IMG/VR virus record: IMGVR_UViG_3300045988_179149
Location: 1-36,070 of that record
Direction: 5' to 3' (one strand)
DNA from: a virus
DNA: 36,070 nt
Shown: in pieces, positions 6,100-13,637 of the stretch
How the letters are laid out: every line of letters begins with the position of its first letter
Numbering within the stretch: the stretch's first letter is position 1
Notes under the pieces: model-generated
Seen by the model: the letters and a program-made list of their open reading frames with translations, nothing else
What the model was told of the DNA's origin: nothing
The model's database searches: none
Translations under genes and position numbers: made by a program

Positions 6100-6909
6100 C
6101 TATATGCCGGCTATCCACACGATGAACGCGGAGACATCCGAATTGATATTGGAACTGTCTCCGCTGCCAACCCTAATCTTTCCAGTGTTGCCGTCAATGA
6201 TGAGGCGAGCATTGGCGTTTGGGTAGGCATACGCAGGAGCCTGAAGCTCTTTTTTCGGCCTCTTATCAAGCGGTAGGACGTAAGGGCAGTCTTTCAGAGT
6301 CCAACCGCTTCCGGTTACCTTGACGCTCTTCGCGATGACTGTACAGAACATCCCGGAGCTCACTATGAGCCACGAGGCATCAGAGTAAAGCACTGTCGGG
6401 GATACAGAATCCCCGAGGTCTGCCAGCGGGGTCAGCTCGGGGATGAGAAGCTTGGGCTGGCCCGTGGTCAGCCCGTCGAATGTCACCGAGCAGATCGGGA
6501 CCGTCACGTCGGCGTCACCGTCCAGGATGGAGCCTTTCGGCACCGACGGCGCGGCGGCGCTCGAGCCGGGGGTTCCCTGGAGAACCTTCCACTCAACCGT
6601 CTCGACAAGGGTCGGGCTGGACCCGCTCACATCGCGGGTGTAATGGACGCAAATGTAGTCCATGCGCTTCTTGCCTTGCGAGCCGCTCGCCACCTTGACG
6701 TCCTCGGGCGCGGTGACACCGATTTGGCGACCCTGCACGATCATGTCGCCGGTCGCGATACGGACGGTGTTCGCGTCGACGAGAGATGGGGCAAGTTTGC
6801 CGCCCGTCTGCAGCACATAGCTGCCAGTGCCGACTTCACCCGCAATGCGGCGCCCGTCGTCGGCCGAGCTGACGTGTGGCACGCCCGCTTTGCCGGTCAC
6901 AATCTCCAT
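6100..6909 (-). CDS. Tail fibre / receptor-binding protein, currently expressed isoform (constant aa 1-166 plus cassette 8, aa 167-269)
   Basis: ATG abuts the upstream TAA. It is the last structural gene of the tail module. R8 lies in frame at codon 167. Confidence 0.8.
   Translation of the reverse strand: MEIVTGKAGVPHVSSADDGRRIAGEVGTGSYVLQTGGKLAPSLVDANTVRIATGDMIVQGRQIGVTAPEDVKVASGSQGKKRMDYICVHYTRDVSGSSPTLVETVEWKVLQGTPGSSAAAPSVPKGSILDGDADVTVPICSVTFDGLTTGQPKLLIPELTPLADLGDSVSPTVLYSDASWLIVSSGMFCTVIAKSVKVTGSGWTLKDCPYVLPLDKRPKKELQAPAYAYPNANARLIIDGNTGKIRVGSGDSSNINSDVSAFIVWIAGI
6399..6411 (-). repeat. Shufflon site R8 (inside the expressed fibre gene, codons 167-170 DSVS)
   Basis: The minus strand reads gggGATTCTGTATCCCcga. 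It marks the boundary between the constant N-terminal 166 codons and the variable C-terminus. Confidence 0.85.
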
Positions 6910-7140
6910 TTAAGCCGTCCTTTCCCATATAAAGCCGTTCTGGCTGTCCCGCATGGCCCACGTTCCCCCATAGGTGGCGCCGGGGTTCTTCCCCTGGCTC
7001 TCCATGTAGAGAGAGCCGACGGGATGGGCGGCGAGGAACACCTTGGCGGTCGAGGCCTCGGGGCCTTGTGGCCCTTGCGGGCCCCGAGGCCCCGTAGACC
7101 CGGTCGGTCCTTTAATGTTGCCTATCTTTGTCCAGGCCAT
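6910..7140 (-). CDS. Short collagen-like (G-X-Y) fibre protein with a tail-collar-like C-terminus (76 aa)
   Basis: [27 protein letters not shown] followed by HPVGSLYME..GGTWAM. Internal ATG of ORF 6910..7509. Confidence 0.65.
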   Translation of the reverse strand: MAWTKIGNIKGPTGSTGPRGPQGPQGPEASTAKVFLAAHPVGSLYMESQGKNPGATYGGTWAMRDSQNGFIWERTA

Positions 7141-7153
7141 AGCGCAACCCCAG

Positions 7154-7405
7154 CTAGGCCTTATAGGTGTACAGGTTTCCGGTCGAGGCGTCGATGTACA
7201 CCGAGCCGACCACCGCGACGCCGCTCGGGGCGCCGGTTCCCGCAGTGACGGAGGTGCCGTCCGCGCCCTTCGGGCCCGTCGGGCCGGTCGGGCCCTGGGA
7301 GCCCGTGGCGCCCTTCTCTCCCTGCGGGCCCCGCGGTCCGGTCTCGCCGGTGGCGCCCCTGTCGCCCTTGGGCCCCTTGAGCGAGCCGATGTTCGTCCAT
7401 GCCAT
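7154..7405 (-). CDS. Collagen-like fibre protein (83 aa)
   Basis: [35 protein letters not shown]... ending [15 protein letters not shown]. Confidence 0.7.
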   Translation of the reverse strand: MAWTNIGSLKGPKGDRGATGETGPRGPQGEKGATGSQGPTGPTGPKGADGTSVTAGTGAPSGVAVVGSVYIDASTGNLYTYKA

Positions 7406-7420
7406 GATGAGCTCCTTTCG

Positions 7421-8098
7421 CTAGACCGTCTGGCCGTACTGGTAGACCTTGAAGCCGTCGGCGGTGTCGATGTAGACCGCGCCCTCCTGCGAGGCGGACG
7501 TAGGAGCACCCTGGCCGAAGGTAATGCCGGGACCAGCCGGGCCCTGCGCGCCCGTGGCGCCCTTCTCGCCCCTGTCCCCCGTAGCGCCCTTCTCGCCCCT
7601 GTCTCCCTTAGGGCCCTTCATCTCGCCGAGGTCTGTCCACTGGGCGTCGCCGGACATCGACGTCTTGACCCACATGTGGCCGTTATCGCTCGTGACGTAG
7701 GTGTCGCCGACCGCCGCATCTGCAGGCAGGGCGTTCTTGTCGGCGACGGCGCCCTTGACGGTGATGGACGTGCCGTCGGCGCCCTTCTCGCCTGCGTCGC
7801 CCTTGGGGCCCTGCGGGCCCTTGACGCTTACGCCCTCGACGGCTTCGCCGACGTGCGCGGTGCTGCCCGCCAAGTCCACGGACGCAATGGCGTACACGTC
7901 GCCGTTGACGTCGATGACCACGTCGCCGACCTGTACGCCGTCGGCAGGCTTGAGCGCGGAGAAGGCAACGTCGCTGTTGCTCTTCACGTCGATGTTCGCG
8001 ACCCTGACGCTGCCGCCCTTGGCGCCCGTCGCGCCGGTCGCGCCCCTCGGCCCCTGCGGGCCCATGAGCGTGCCGACCTGGTTCCATGCGTTAGCCAT
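7421..8098 (-). CDS. Collagen-like fibre protein (225 aa) with three G-X-Y blocks
   Basis: MANAWNQVGTLMGPQGPRGATGATGAKG..., [48 protein letters not shown]; ends VYIDTADGFKVYQY. Confidence 0.7.
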   Translation of the reverse strand: MANAWNQVGTLMGPQGPRGATGATGAKGGSVRVANIDVKSNSDVAFSALKPADGVQVGDVVIDVNGDVYAIASVDLAGSTAHVGEAVEGVSVKGPQGPKGDAGEKGADGTSITVKGAVADKNALPADAAVGDTYVTSDNGHMWVKTSMSGDAQWTDLGEMKGPKGDRGEKGATGDRGEKGATGAQGPAGPGITFGQGAPTSASQEGAVYIDTADGFKVYQYGQTV

Positions 8099-8564
8099 TT
8101 GTATCTCCAATCTCGCCGTAGCGATAATAGGTGCCAGTCTCACTGTCGAGGTAGAGGTCCCCGACGCGACCACCTATGGCGGGGGTGCCGCCCCCGACAT
8201 ACCACTTCGTGCCGGGTTCGCCTGCGGACTTCAGCTGCTCTCGCACCCAATCTTCGACATCAGCCCAGGTCTTGACCTCGTCATCGGTGTAGATGTAGCC
8301 GTCCGGCTTGGCCCTCGGGCGCACCTTGAGCACGGCGCGCGCGTGCGTGTCGCGCCCATCGCTCGCCCAAACGGCCATGTCAACACCCGCAGTAAGCAGG
8401 AGCGAGGGCACCACGGCCTCGCCGCCCACGACCGGGACGACCAATGCGCGCTCCGATCCGGCGACGGCGAAATGTGCCTCCGTCACCCCCTGCAACGCGA
8501 TGTGAACGCGCCGACCCGTATCCCATTGGTAAAGGGGCGGGCCGATGAGCTCTATCTGCTTCAT
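8091..8564 (-). CDS. Baseplate/fibre-associated structural protein (157 aa)
   Basis: ATG after AGGAGA. The C-terminus GDLYLDSETGTYYRY shares the YxD..TG..Y.Y motif with the two downstream fibre proteins. Confidence 0.5.
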   Translation of the reverse strand: MKQIELIGPPLYQWDTGRRVHIALQGVTEAHFAVAGSERALVVPVVGGEAVVPSLLLTAGVDMAVWASDGRDTHARAVLKVRPRAKPDGYIYTDDEVKTWADVEDWVREQLKSAGEPGTKWYVGGGTPAIGGRVGDLYLDSETGTYYRYGEIGDTNG

Positions 8565-8573
8565 AGCAGTCTC

Positions 8574-9560
8574 CTATCTCCCCACCGCACCAGGCGATGC
8601 GCCATACGTGGCGCTGTAGCCCGACCCCGCGGCCTTTACGATCTTGCTGCTAATCTCGACCGAGACCGTCACGTTTGGCGAATAGTGCCTGGCCTCAACG
8701 ATATCGCCGAGGCCGAACTCGACGCCCTCGTTGACCGTCACGGTCACGCTGCCCTCGGACTGTTTGTCCTTGAGTCGGCTGAGTCCCTGATCGCGGAGAT
8801 CGTCGCCCTCGGTGTTGTTGGCGTCGTAGTACTCCTCGAGCTCGAAGACGCCGGTCATCGCCTTCACGGTGCCTACGCCGCCTTCCCGGTCGGCGTAGAC
8901 GTCCACGACATCTCTGGCCGCAAGTTCGCCCTTGCCGGCCGCCTTGAGGTGATTGGTGACGAGCAGGTCGCTCTTGAGGTCGAAGTTTACGAGATCGGAG
9001 TCGACCCTGCCGCGCCAGTCTGTCACCTTCACCGCCTGGAGCCTGCACGATCCGCCCACCCACCTCGCATCGAGGCGAAGGCCTGCGGAGCGCATCGCCA
9101 GCCTAAGGTTGGTCCAAGCGTCGGGTACGTCCCTGTTGCATCGGTAGCTTACGTTCACCCCGGCGTCGGCATCGGGAACCGTGAAGAGGGAGCCGATGCC
9201 GAGCCGTTTAACCGCGGACCGCAGCACGGCGTTTGCGTCCCCAGAGAGGACAAGGTAGTCCTGGCCCGGATCGGGCCACAGAAGGCGCTTCTCGAGCACT
9301 CCAGTCCAGGTCGACCCGGTCCAGTGAAGCTCGGACGAAGTGCGGCCCGTCTTGAGCTCAAAGCCCTCGACGCGACCGCCGATCTCCAGGCCGTCGGCGA
9401 AAACACGCCAGGCGGCCTCCGGCAACGGTACGGACGGGTCGCGCACCACTAGATCGAACGAGTTGTCGACGCCGTCGCCCCAGCCCGAGTCCATATCCAG
9501 CTCGAAGTCCGAAATCGGGAAAAGCGTCCTGCCGGCGCTGTCGGCGACTATGAGCTCCAA
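8574..9560 (-). CDS. Tail-tip/baseplate protein (siphovirus Gp37-like minor structural protein, 328 aa)
   Basis: TTG start after GGAGGGGGAG. It lies immediately after Dit. The family assignment rests on recall and position only. Confidence 0.5.
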   Translation of the reverse strand: MELIVADSAGRTLFPISDFELDMDSGWGDGVDNSFDLVVRDPSVPLPEAAWRVFADGLEIGGRVEGFELKTGRTSSELHWTGSTWTGVLEKRLLWPDPGQDYLVLSGDANAVLRSAVKRLGIGSLFTVPDADAGVNVSYRCNRDVPDAWTNLRLAMRSAGLRLDARWVGGSCRLQAVKVTDWRGRVDSDLVNFDLKSDLLVTNHLKAAGKGELAARDVVDVYADREGGVGTVKAMTGVFELEEYYDANNTEGDDLRDQGLSRLKDKQSEGSVTVTVNEGVEFGLGDIVEARHYSPNVTVSVEISSKIVKAAGSGYSATYGASPGAVGR

Positions 9561-10387
9561 GGCGGCTCCCCCTCCTCAAGATAATGGGTCATGGTGAAGG
9601 CGAACGAGCCGTCCCACGAGACAGAGGACGTGCCGGGACGAAGCTGCTCGAAGCAGTAGGAACCGCTTCCGGCGCCCTCTCCGCGCATGCCGTCGGCGAA
9701 GCGGTCCTCGGTCTCACCGTACATGCCGACGAGCTTGATCGTCTTGGGGAAGCTAGAGCCGTCGATGATGAGCCTGGAGCCGCCGGGCACTTCAACGTCC
9801 GCAGAGTAGACGTTGATGAAGTCTCCCTGCGTCACGGTGATGCGCGGGGATGACGCGGGGCCGAAGATCGTGAGCTTAAGGTCGGCGGGCACCAGCCCAT
9901 CGACGGTGACCGACCGGCTTGCGACCGATCCGCCGTAGTCGAACTCGAAGTCATGGGGGAAGTCCAGGCCGGTCTGGTCCTCGTCCTCCCGGGCGTAGAA
10001 CTCCTGGGCGACCTCGCGCCGCCAGGATCCGTCGAGCAGCAGCACGGTAAGCGTAGCGGCGATGCCCCGCCTGCCGTAAATCTGCGAGGTCTCGGACTTC
10101 GCGATATAGGCGCGCTGGTACCAAACACCGTCGACAACGAGGCGGCCGGGCTCGCCGACGGAGATATCCCTGTCCGCGAGCCGCCTGAGCCTGTCGGCAG
10201 CCGCCGAGGACAGCACGGCATCGACCGTCGCCTCCCTCGCGTCCCGCGAGATGCCGTAGGCGCCGCGCCATGAGAGGTCGTAGCTCCACTCGCGCGAGCG
10301 CACGCCAGCAGCGGTACCGACGAAGACGCCGTCGCCATCGAGGTCGACGCTCTCGCCCGATGAAGACACGTAGTGCATTCTATGCAT
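9548..10387 (-). CDS. Distal tail protein (Dit-like, 279 aa)
   Basis: It lies directly downstream of the tape measure and overlaps its stop. Size and position are typical of the Sipho_tail family. Confidence 0.6.
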   Translation of the reverse strand: MHRMHYVSSSGESVDLDGDGVFVGTAAGVRSREWSYDLSWRGAYGISRDAREATVDAVLSSAAADRLRRLADRDISVGEPGRLVVDGVWYQRAYIAKSETSQIYGRRGIAATLTVLLLDGSWRREVAQEFYAREDEDQTGLDFPHDFEFDYGGSVASRSVTVDGLVPADLKLTIFGPASSPRITVTQGDFINVYSADVEVPGGSRLIIDGSSFPKTIKLVGMYGETEDRFADGMRGEGAGSGSYCFEQLRPGTSSVSWDGSFAFTMTHYLEEGEPPWSS

Positions 10388-13300
10388 GTGTCACCGCCCT
10401 GATGTGTCTGTCGAGGTCGCGCTCGAGCGTGACCGGCGTGTACTCCCGGATGATTGCCGGAAGGTTTCGGTCGAGCCACGCGATGACCGCGCCGCCGTCC
10501 GAGCCGCCGCCGACATCCATCGTCTGGGCGACCCCCCTGCCGATCCCGCCCAGCACCTTGGGGCTCAGCGGGATGGCCGCCTCGTCGTATCGCCGGTTGT
10601 CGCCGATTCCGATGACGCGCGGGCTGTTCGGCCCGAAGACCGCGCCGCCGGCGTACCAGTTAACGCTGACCGACGGGACCGAGCCCGTCTGCGCGTCGAA
10701 CTTGCCGCTCATCGAGAAGTGCGGCAGCGGTCCCACGTCGATGCGCGGGAGCGTGAGCCGCATCGATCCGACCTCGGCCGACATCTGCCTGCAGGCCCCC
10801 ATGATCGCGGAGCGGGCGGCGCTTGCCGCATTCCTAGCGGAAGCCGAGAAGCGATTAAAGGATGCGCCCGAGCGGACGCCGAACGAGACTGCGGACGCCG
10901 ACGCCGACGCCATGCTCGCCGCGACCATGGAGCCCACTGCTGCCACGGAGACGGAAAGCAGCAGGGCCGACGCCGAGGCGGTCCCGCAGGAGGCGGAGAA
11001 AGATGCCAGAGACGGCGACGCGGCGGCAAGGGCGGGAGCGGCGGCCGCCGCCGCAGCGGCAAGCGCACCAAGGCCGGCTGCGGCACCGGGGGCGCCGGAG
11101 GATATCTTGGGAATCGCCTTCCCCATGGTTCCGAGCCCGTCGGCCGAGGTTGAAATGGAAGCGGCGACGCCCGCCATGGCAACGTCGAGCGCAGTCATTC
11201 CAAGAGCGAGGGCGGCGGTCGCAAGCGACGCAGCCGTGGCGCCGACGGCGAACACCGCGAGTCCGGCCCCCGCGACAATCGACCCCACGCCGAGCATGAT
11301 GAGGCCGACGCCGCCGACGATGGCGGCGGCACCGAGGGCCGCAGTAGCGGCGGCAAGGGGCATCGCGAGCGCGGAGCAGGTCGACAGGCCAGCACCCGCC
11401 AAGAGGCCGCCGGCGCCCATGACAATAAGGCCGACGCCCGCGACGATGGCGGCGATGCCGAGGGCCGCCGAGGCAACCGCACATGCCGCTGCCCCGGCGG
11501 CGAGCGCCAGCAGCCCTCCCGACGCCATGAGGGTACCGGGGGCCAGCACGAACAGGGAGGCTCCGAGCGCGGCTATGCCGACGGCGGCCTCGGGGCCGCA
11601 GGCGGCGATGGTCGGCAGCGCGAGTGACATAATCGCGAGGCCGGTGGCTGCGAGCAGGATGCCCACGCCGGCGAGCGCGACGGCGGCGCCGAAGGCGACC
11701 ATGCCGACGGAGCCGGCAGTCAGGGCGGGCCCGAGCGCGGCGGCGCCCAGCGCCAGCCCGGCGATGACTGCCACCATAGCTGCCATGCCGATTGCGGCCT
11801 GAGGCCCCGCCTCGCCGAGCTTTATCGCGGAGAGGGCGAGAAGGCCGATGCCGCCGCACGCAAGCAGAACGCCGGCTCCAACCATGAGGACGGCCGCGCC
11901 GAACGATGTCATCTTACCGGCCGCCGCGCCCGCGGCTGTGCCAGCTGCGGTCTCGCCCGCCGCCGTTGTGGCAAGGCCGGCACCGGCGGTGGGTGCCGAT
12001 GCCCCGAGGGACAGCAGGGCGCCGCCGATGACCTTCAGGAGCGAGCCCACAGGGCCGCCGGCGACTTTCATGACGAGGAAGGCGCCGCCGATGGCCTTGA
12101 CGACGGGGGCAGTCTCCTCGGAATGGTCGGAGAGCCACTGGAACGCGTCGCCCACCGAGCGGATGACCGGCTCGGCGGCCTCGAACGCAGTGTCGAGCGC
12201 GTTGGCCGCGTCCGCCGCGCCCTCGGCGGGACTCGACCATCCGGTGATCTGCGATACGGTCGACCATATGGCGTCGCCCATGGAGGACGCCGTGTAACCG
12301 AGCGCGTCAAGTGTTCCCGCGAAAGATGAAGCCGCTTCGTTGTTGAGAAGCGTCTCGCAAAACGTGGAGGTCATCGCCGTCGCACCGGAAAATGCGTCCC
12401 CTGCGACCGAGACACCGCCTGCAATCACATCAGAAAACACGGCGGCGAACGATGACGCCGCGCCTTGGATGCTCGGGTCGGCCATCGCGTCGGTGATGGC
12501 GCCGAACGCTCCATTTACAGCACCCTTCACGCCGTCGATGACGCCCACGATATTGGACGAGCCGATGGCGCCGATGATCTTGGCGACGCCCCTGGGGAAG
12601 GCGTTGCACATGTTGGAGAGCGACGTCTTGATGCCGCCCGTCGCGGCCTTTGCCTGCTCGTAGAAGCTCGTGATGCCGTCCGCGCCGTTCTTGTCGAGGT
12701 CGACCACGGCGTCAGCGAAATCCGAGACCGAGACCCTGCCGTCCTTCATCGCCTGGTAGAGGTCGGATGCCGAGGCGCTCTGCCCGAGCATGGACTTCGC
12801 CACCTGGTCGAGCTGGCCAGGCATCGCCTGCTGGATGCTCATCCAGGTATCCATCTCCATCTTGTTGGTGGAGACGGCCTTGGTGAGCTGCGTCATGGCG
12901 TTGGACTGGATATCCTCGGACGCGCCGCCAGCGAGGACGGCATCGTTGAATGCGAGGTAGCGGTCGGTCGCCTGGTCGATCGACTTGGACGAAGGAGCGA
13001 GCTGCTGCACGCCCGTCGCCGCCGCGTCGAGCCTCGTGGGAAGCTCCGACAGCCTGTCAGACAGGGTGTCGACGCTCCTCTGCGACTCGTCCGCCCCGTA
13101 GCCGAGCGACTGGAGGACCTTGGGGAAGTTGTTGAGCGTGTCGACGCGCGCGACCGCGGCGTCCACGCTCGAGGACACTGTCGAGACGACCCTCTGCACC
13201 ACGCCGGCAACGACGCCGGTGATGACCGCAGCCTTTGCCGAGAAGCCCGAGGCGACCTTACTCGCCATGCTCCCGCCCGCCGTGGTTCCGGTCGAGCCGA

Positions 13301-13628
13301 ACACGGAGTTGACGGAGGAGAGCCCGTCCCCGACGGCGCACAGCAGGCCGCCGGAAAAGGCGGCGGCCTTCCCAAGCACGCCGCCAGAAAAAGCAGCGCC
13401 CGAGGCCCTGCCCGAGCGCGAGAACGCCCCGGCGGCCCCCGATAGGGACCCGGTCAGTTTCGCCACGAACCCCGAACCGGCGGTTTTACCCGCCGCGCCG
13501 CAAAACGCCTTGCCGAACTTAGAGCCCGTCGATGCGCCGGATCCGGACAGCGAGCTGTCGACCTTCGAGGCGAAGCCGTCCATGGACGGCATTACCTTCA
13601 CGCTAACAGATCCTACGTTTGCCGCCAC
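10380..13628 (-). CDS. Tail tape measure protein (1082 aa)
   Basis: GTG after GGGAGG. Long Ala/Gly-rich protein with a central run of hydrophobic segments. It follows the G/GT chaperones. Confidence 0.9.
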   Translation of the reverse strand: MAANVGSVSVKVMPSMDGFASKVDSSLSGSGASTGSKFGKAFCGAAGKTAGSGFVAKLTGSLSGAAGAFSRSGRASGAAFSGGVLGKAAAFSGGLLCAVGDGLSSVNSVFGSTGTTAGGSMASKVASGFSAKAAVITGVVAGVVQRVVSTVSSSVDAAVARVDTLNNFPKVLQSLGYGADESQRSVDTLSDRLSELPTRLDAAATGVQQLAPSSKSIDQATDRYLAFNDAVLAGGASEDIQSNAMTQLTKAVSTNKMEMDTWMSIQQAMPGQLDQVAKSMLGQSASASDLYQAMKDGRVSVSDFADAVVDLDKNGADGITSFYEQAKAATGGIKTSLSNMCNAFPRGVAKIIGAIGSSNIVGVIDGVKGAVNGAFGAITDAMADPSIQGAASSFAAVFSDVIAGGVSVAGDAFSGATAMTSTFCETLLNNEAASSFAGTLDALGYTASSMGDAIWSTVSQITGWSSPAEGAADAANALDTAFEAAEPVIRSVGDAFQWLSDHSEETAPVVKAIGGAFLVMKVAGGPVGSLLKVIGGALLSLGASAPTAGAGLATTAAGETAAGTAAGAAAGKMTSFGAAVLMVGAGVLLACGGIGLLALSAIKLGEAGPQAAIGMAAMVAVIAGLALGAAALGPALTAGSVGMVAFGAAVALAGVGILLAATGLAIMSLALPTIAACGPEAAVGIAALGASLFVLAPGTLMASGGLLALAAGAAACAVASAALGIAAIVAGVGLIVMGAGGLLAGAGLSTCSALAMPLAAATAALGAAAIVGGVGLIMLGVGSIVAGAGLAVFAVGATAASLATAALALGMTALDVAMAGVAASISTSADGLGTMGKAIPKISSGAPGAAAGLGALAAAAAAAAPALAAASPSLASFSASCGTASASALLLSVSVAAVGSMVAASMASASASAVSFGVRSGASFNRFSASARNAASAARSAIMGACRQMSAEVGSMRLTLPRIDVGPLPHFSMSGKFDAQTGSVPSVSVNWYAGGAVFGPNSPRVIGIGDNRRYDEAAIPLSPKVLGGIGRGVAQTMDVGGGSDGGAVIAWLDRNLPAIIREYTPVTLERDLDRHIRAVTHA

Positions 13629-13637
13629 ATTGCCTCC

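Larger units (their letters stand above)
4025..6411. mobile_element. Multi-inversion shufflon: 8 crossover sites and 8 alternative tail-fibre C-terminal cassettes
   Basis: The core ATTCTGTATCCC occurs 8 times in 2.4 kb in both orientations. It is always in frame and always heads a stop-free segment. By eye the block looks less GC-rich than its flanks. Confidence 0.85.

Noticed and set aside
4593-6118. ORFs 4593..5057 (minus), 5531..6118 (minus) and the 5' 150 nt of 5339..5779 (plus) inside the shufflon
   Set aside because: They read through crossover sites on the antisense side (GYRIL/GYRML are the reverse-translated core) and overlap the in-frame cassettes. They are better explained as antisense of silent cassettes.
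4025-6909. A diversity-generating retroelement as the source of fibre variability
   Set aside because: No reverse transcriptase ORF is present anywhere in the genome, and there is no template/variable repeat pair with adenine-specific mismatches. The variability is fully explained by discrete cassettes bounded by recombination sites.
7043-9452. Long plus-strand ORFs 7043..8275 (410 aa) and 7701..9452 (583 aa)
   Set aside because: These are antisense to the collagen-like fibre and baseplate genes. Their Gly/Arg/Ala/Pro bias mirrors the G-X-Y repeats on the other strand.
10270-11802. 510-aa plus-strand ORF, together with 10386..11153, 10855..11859, 11848..12297 and 12465..13445
   Set aside because: These are antisense or out of frame to the tape measure gene. 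Their composition is extremely Ala/Pro/Arg-rich, as expected for unselected frames in GC-rich DNA. They have no ribosome-binding site context.
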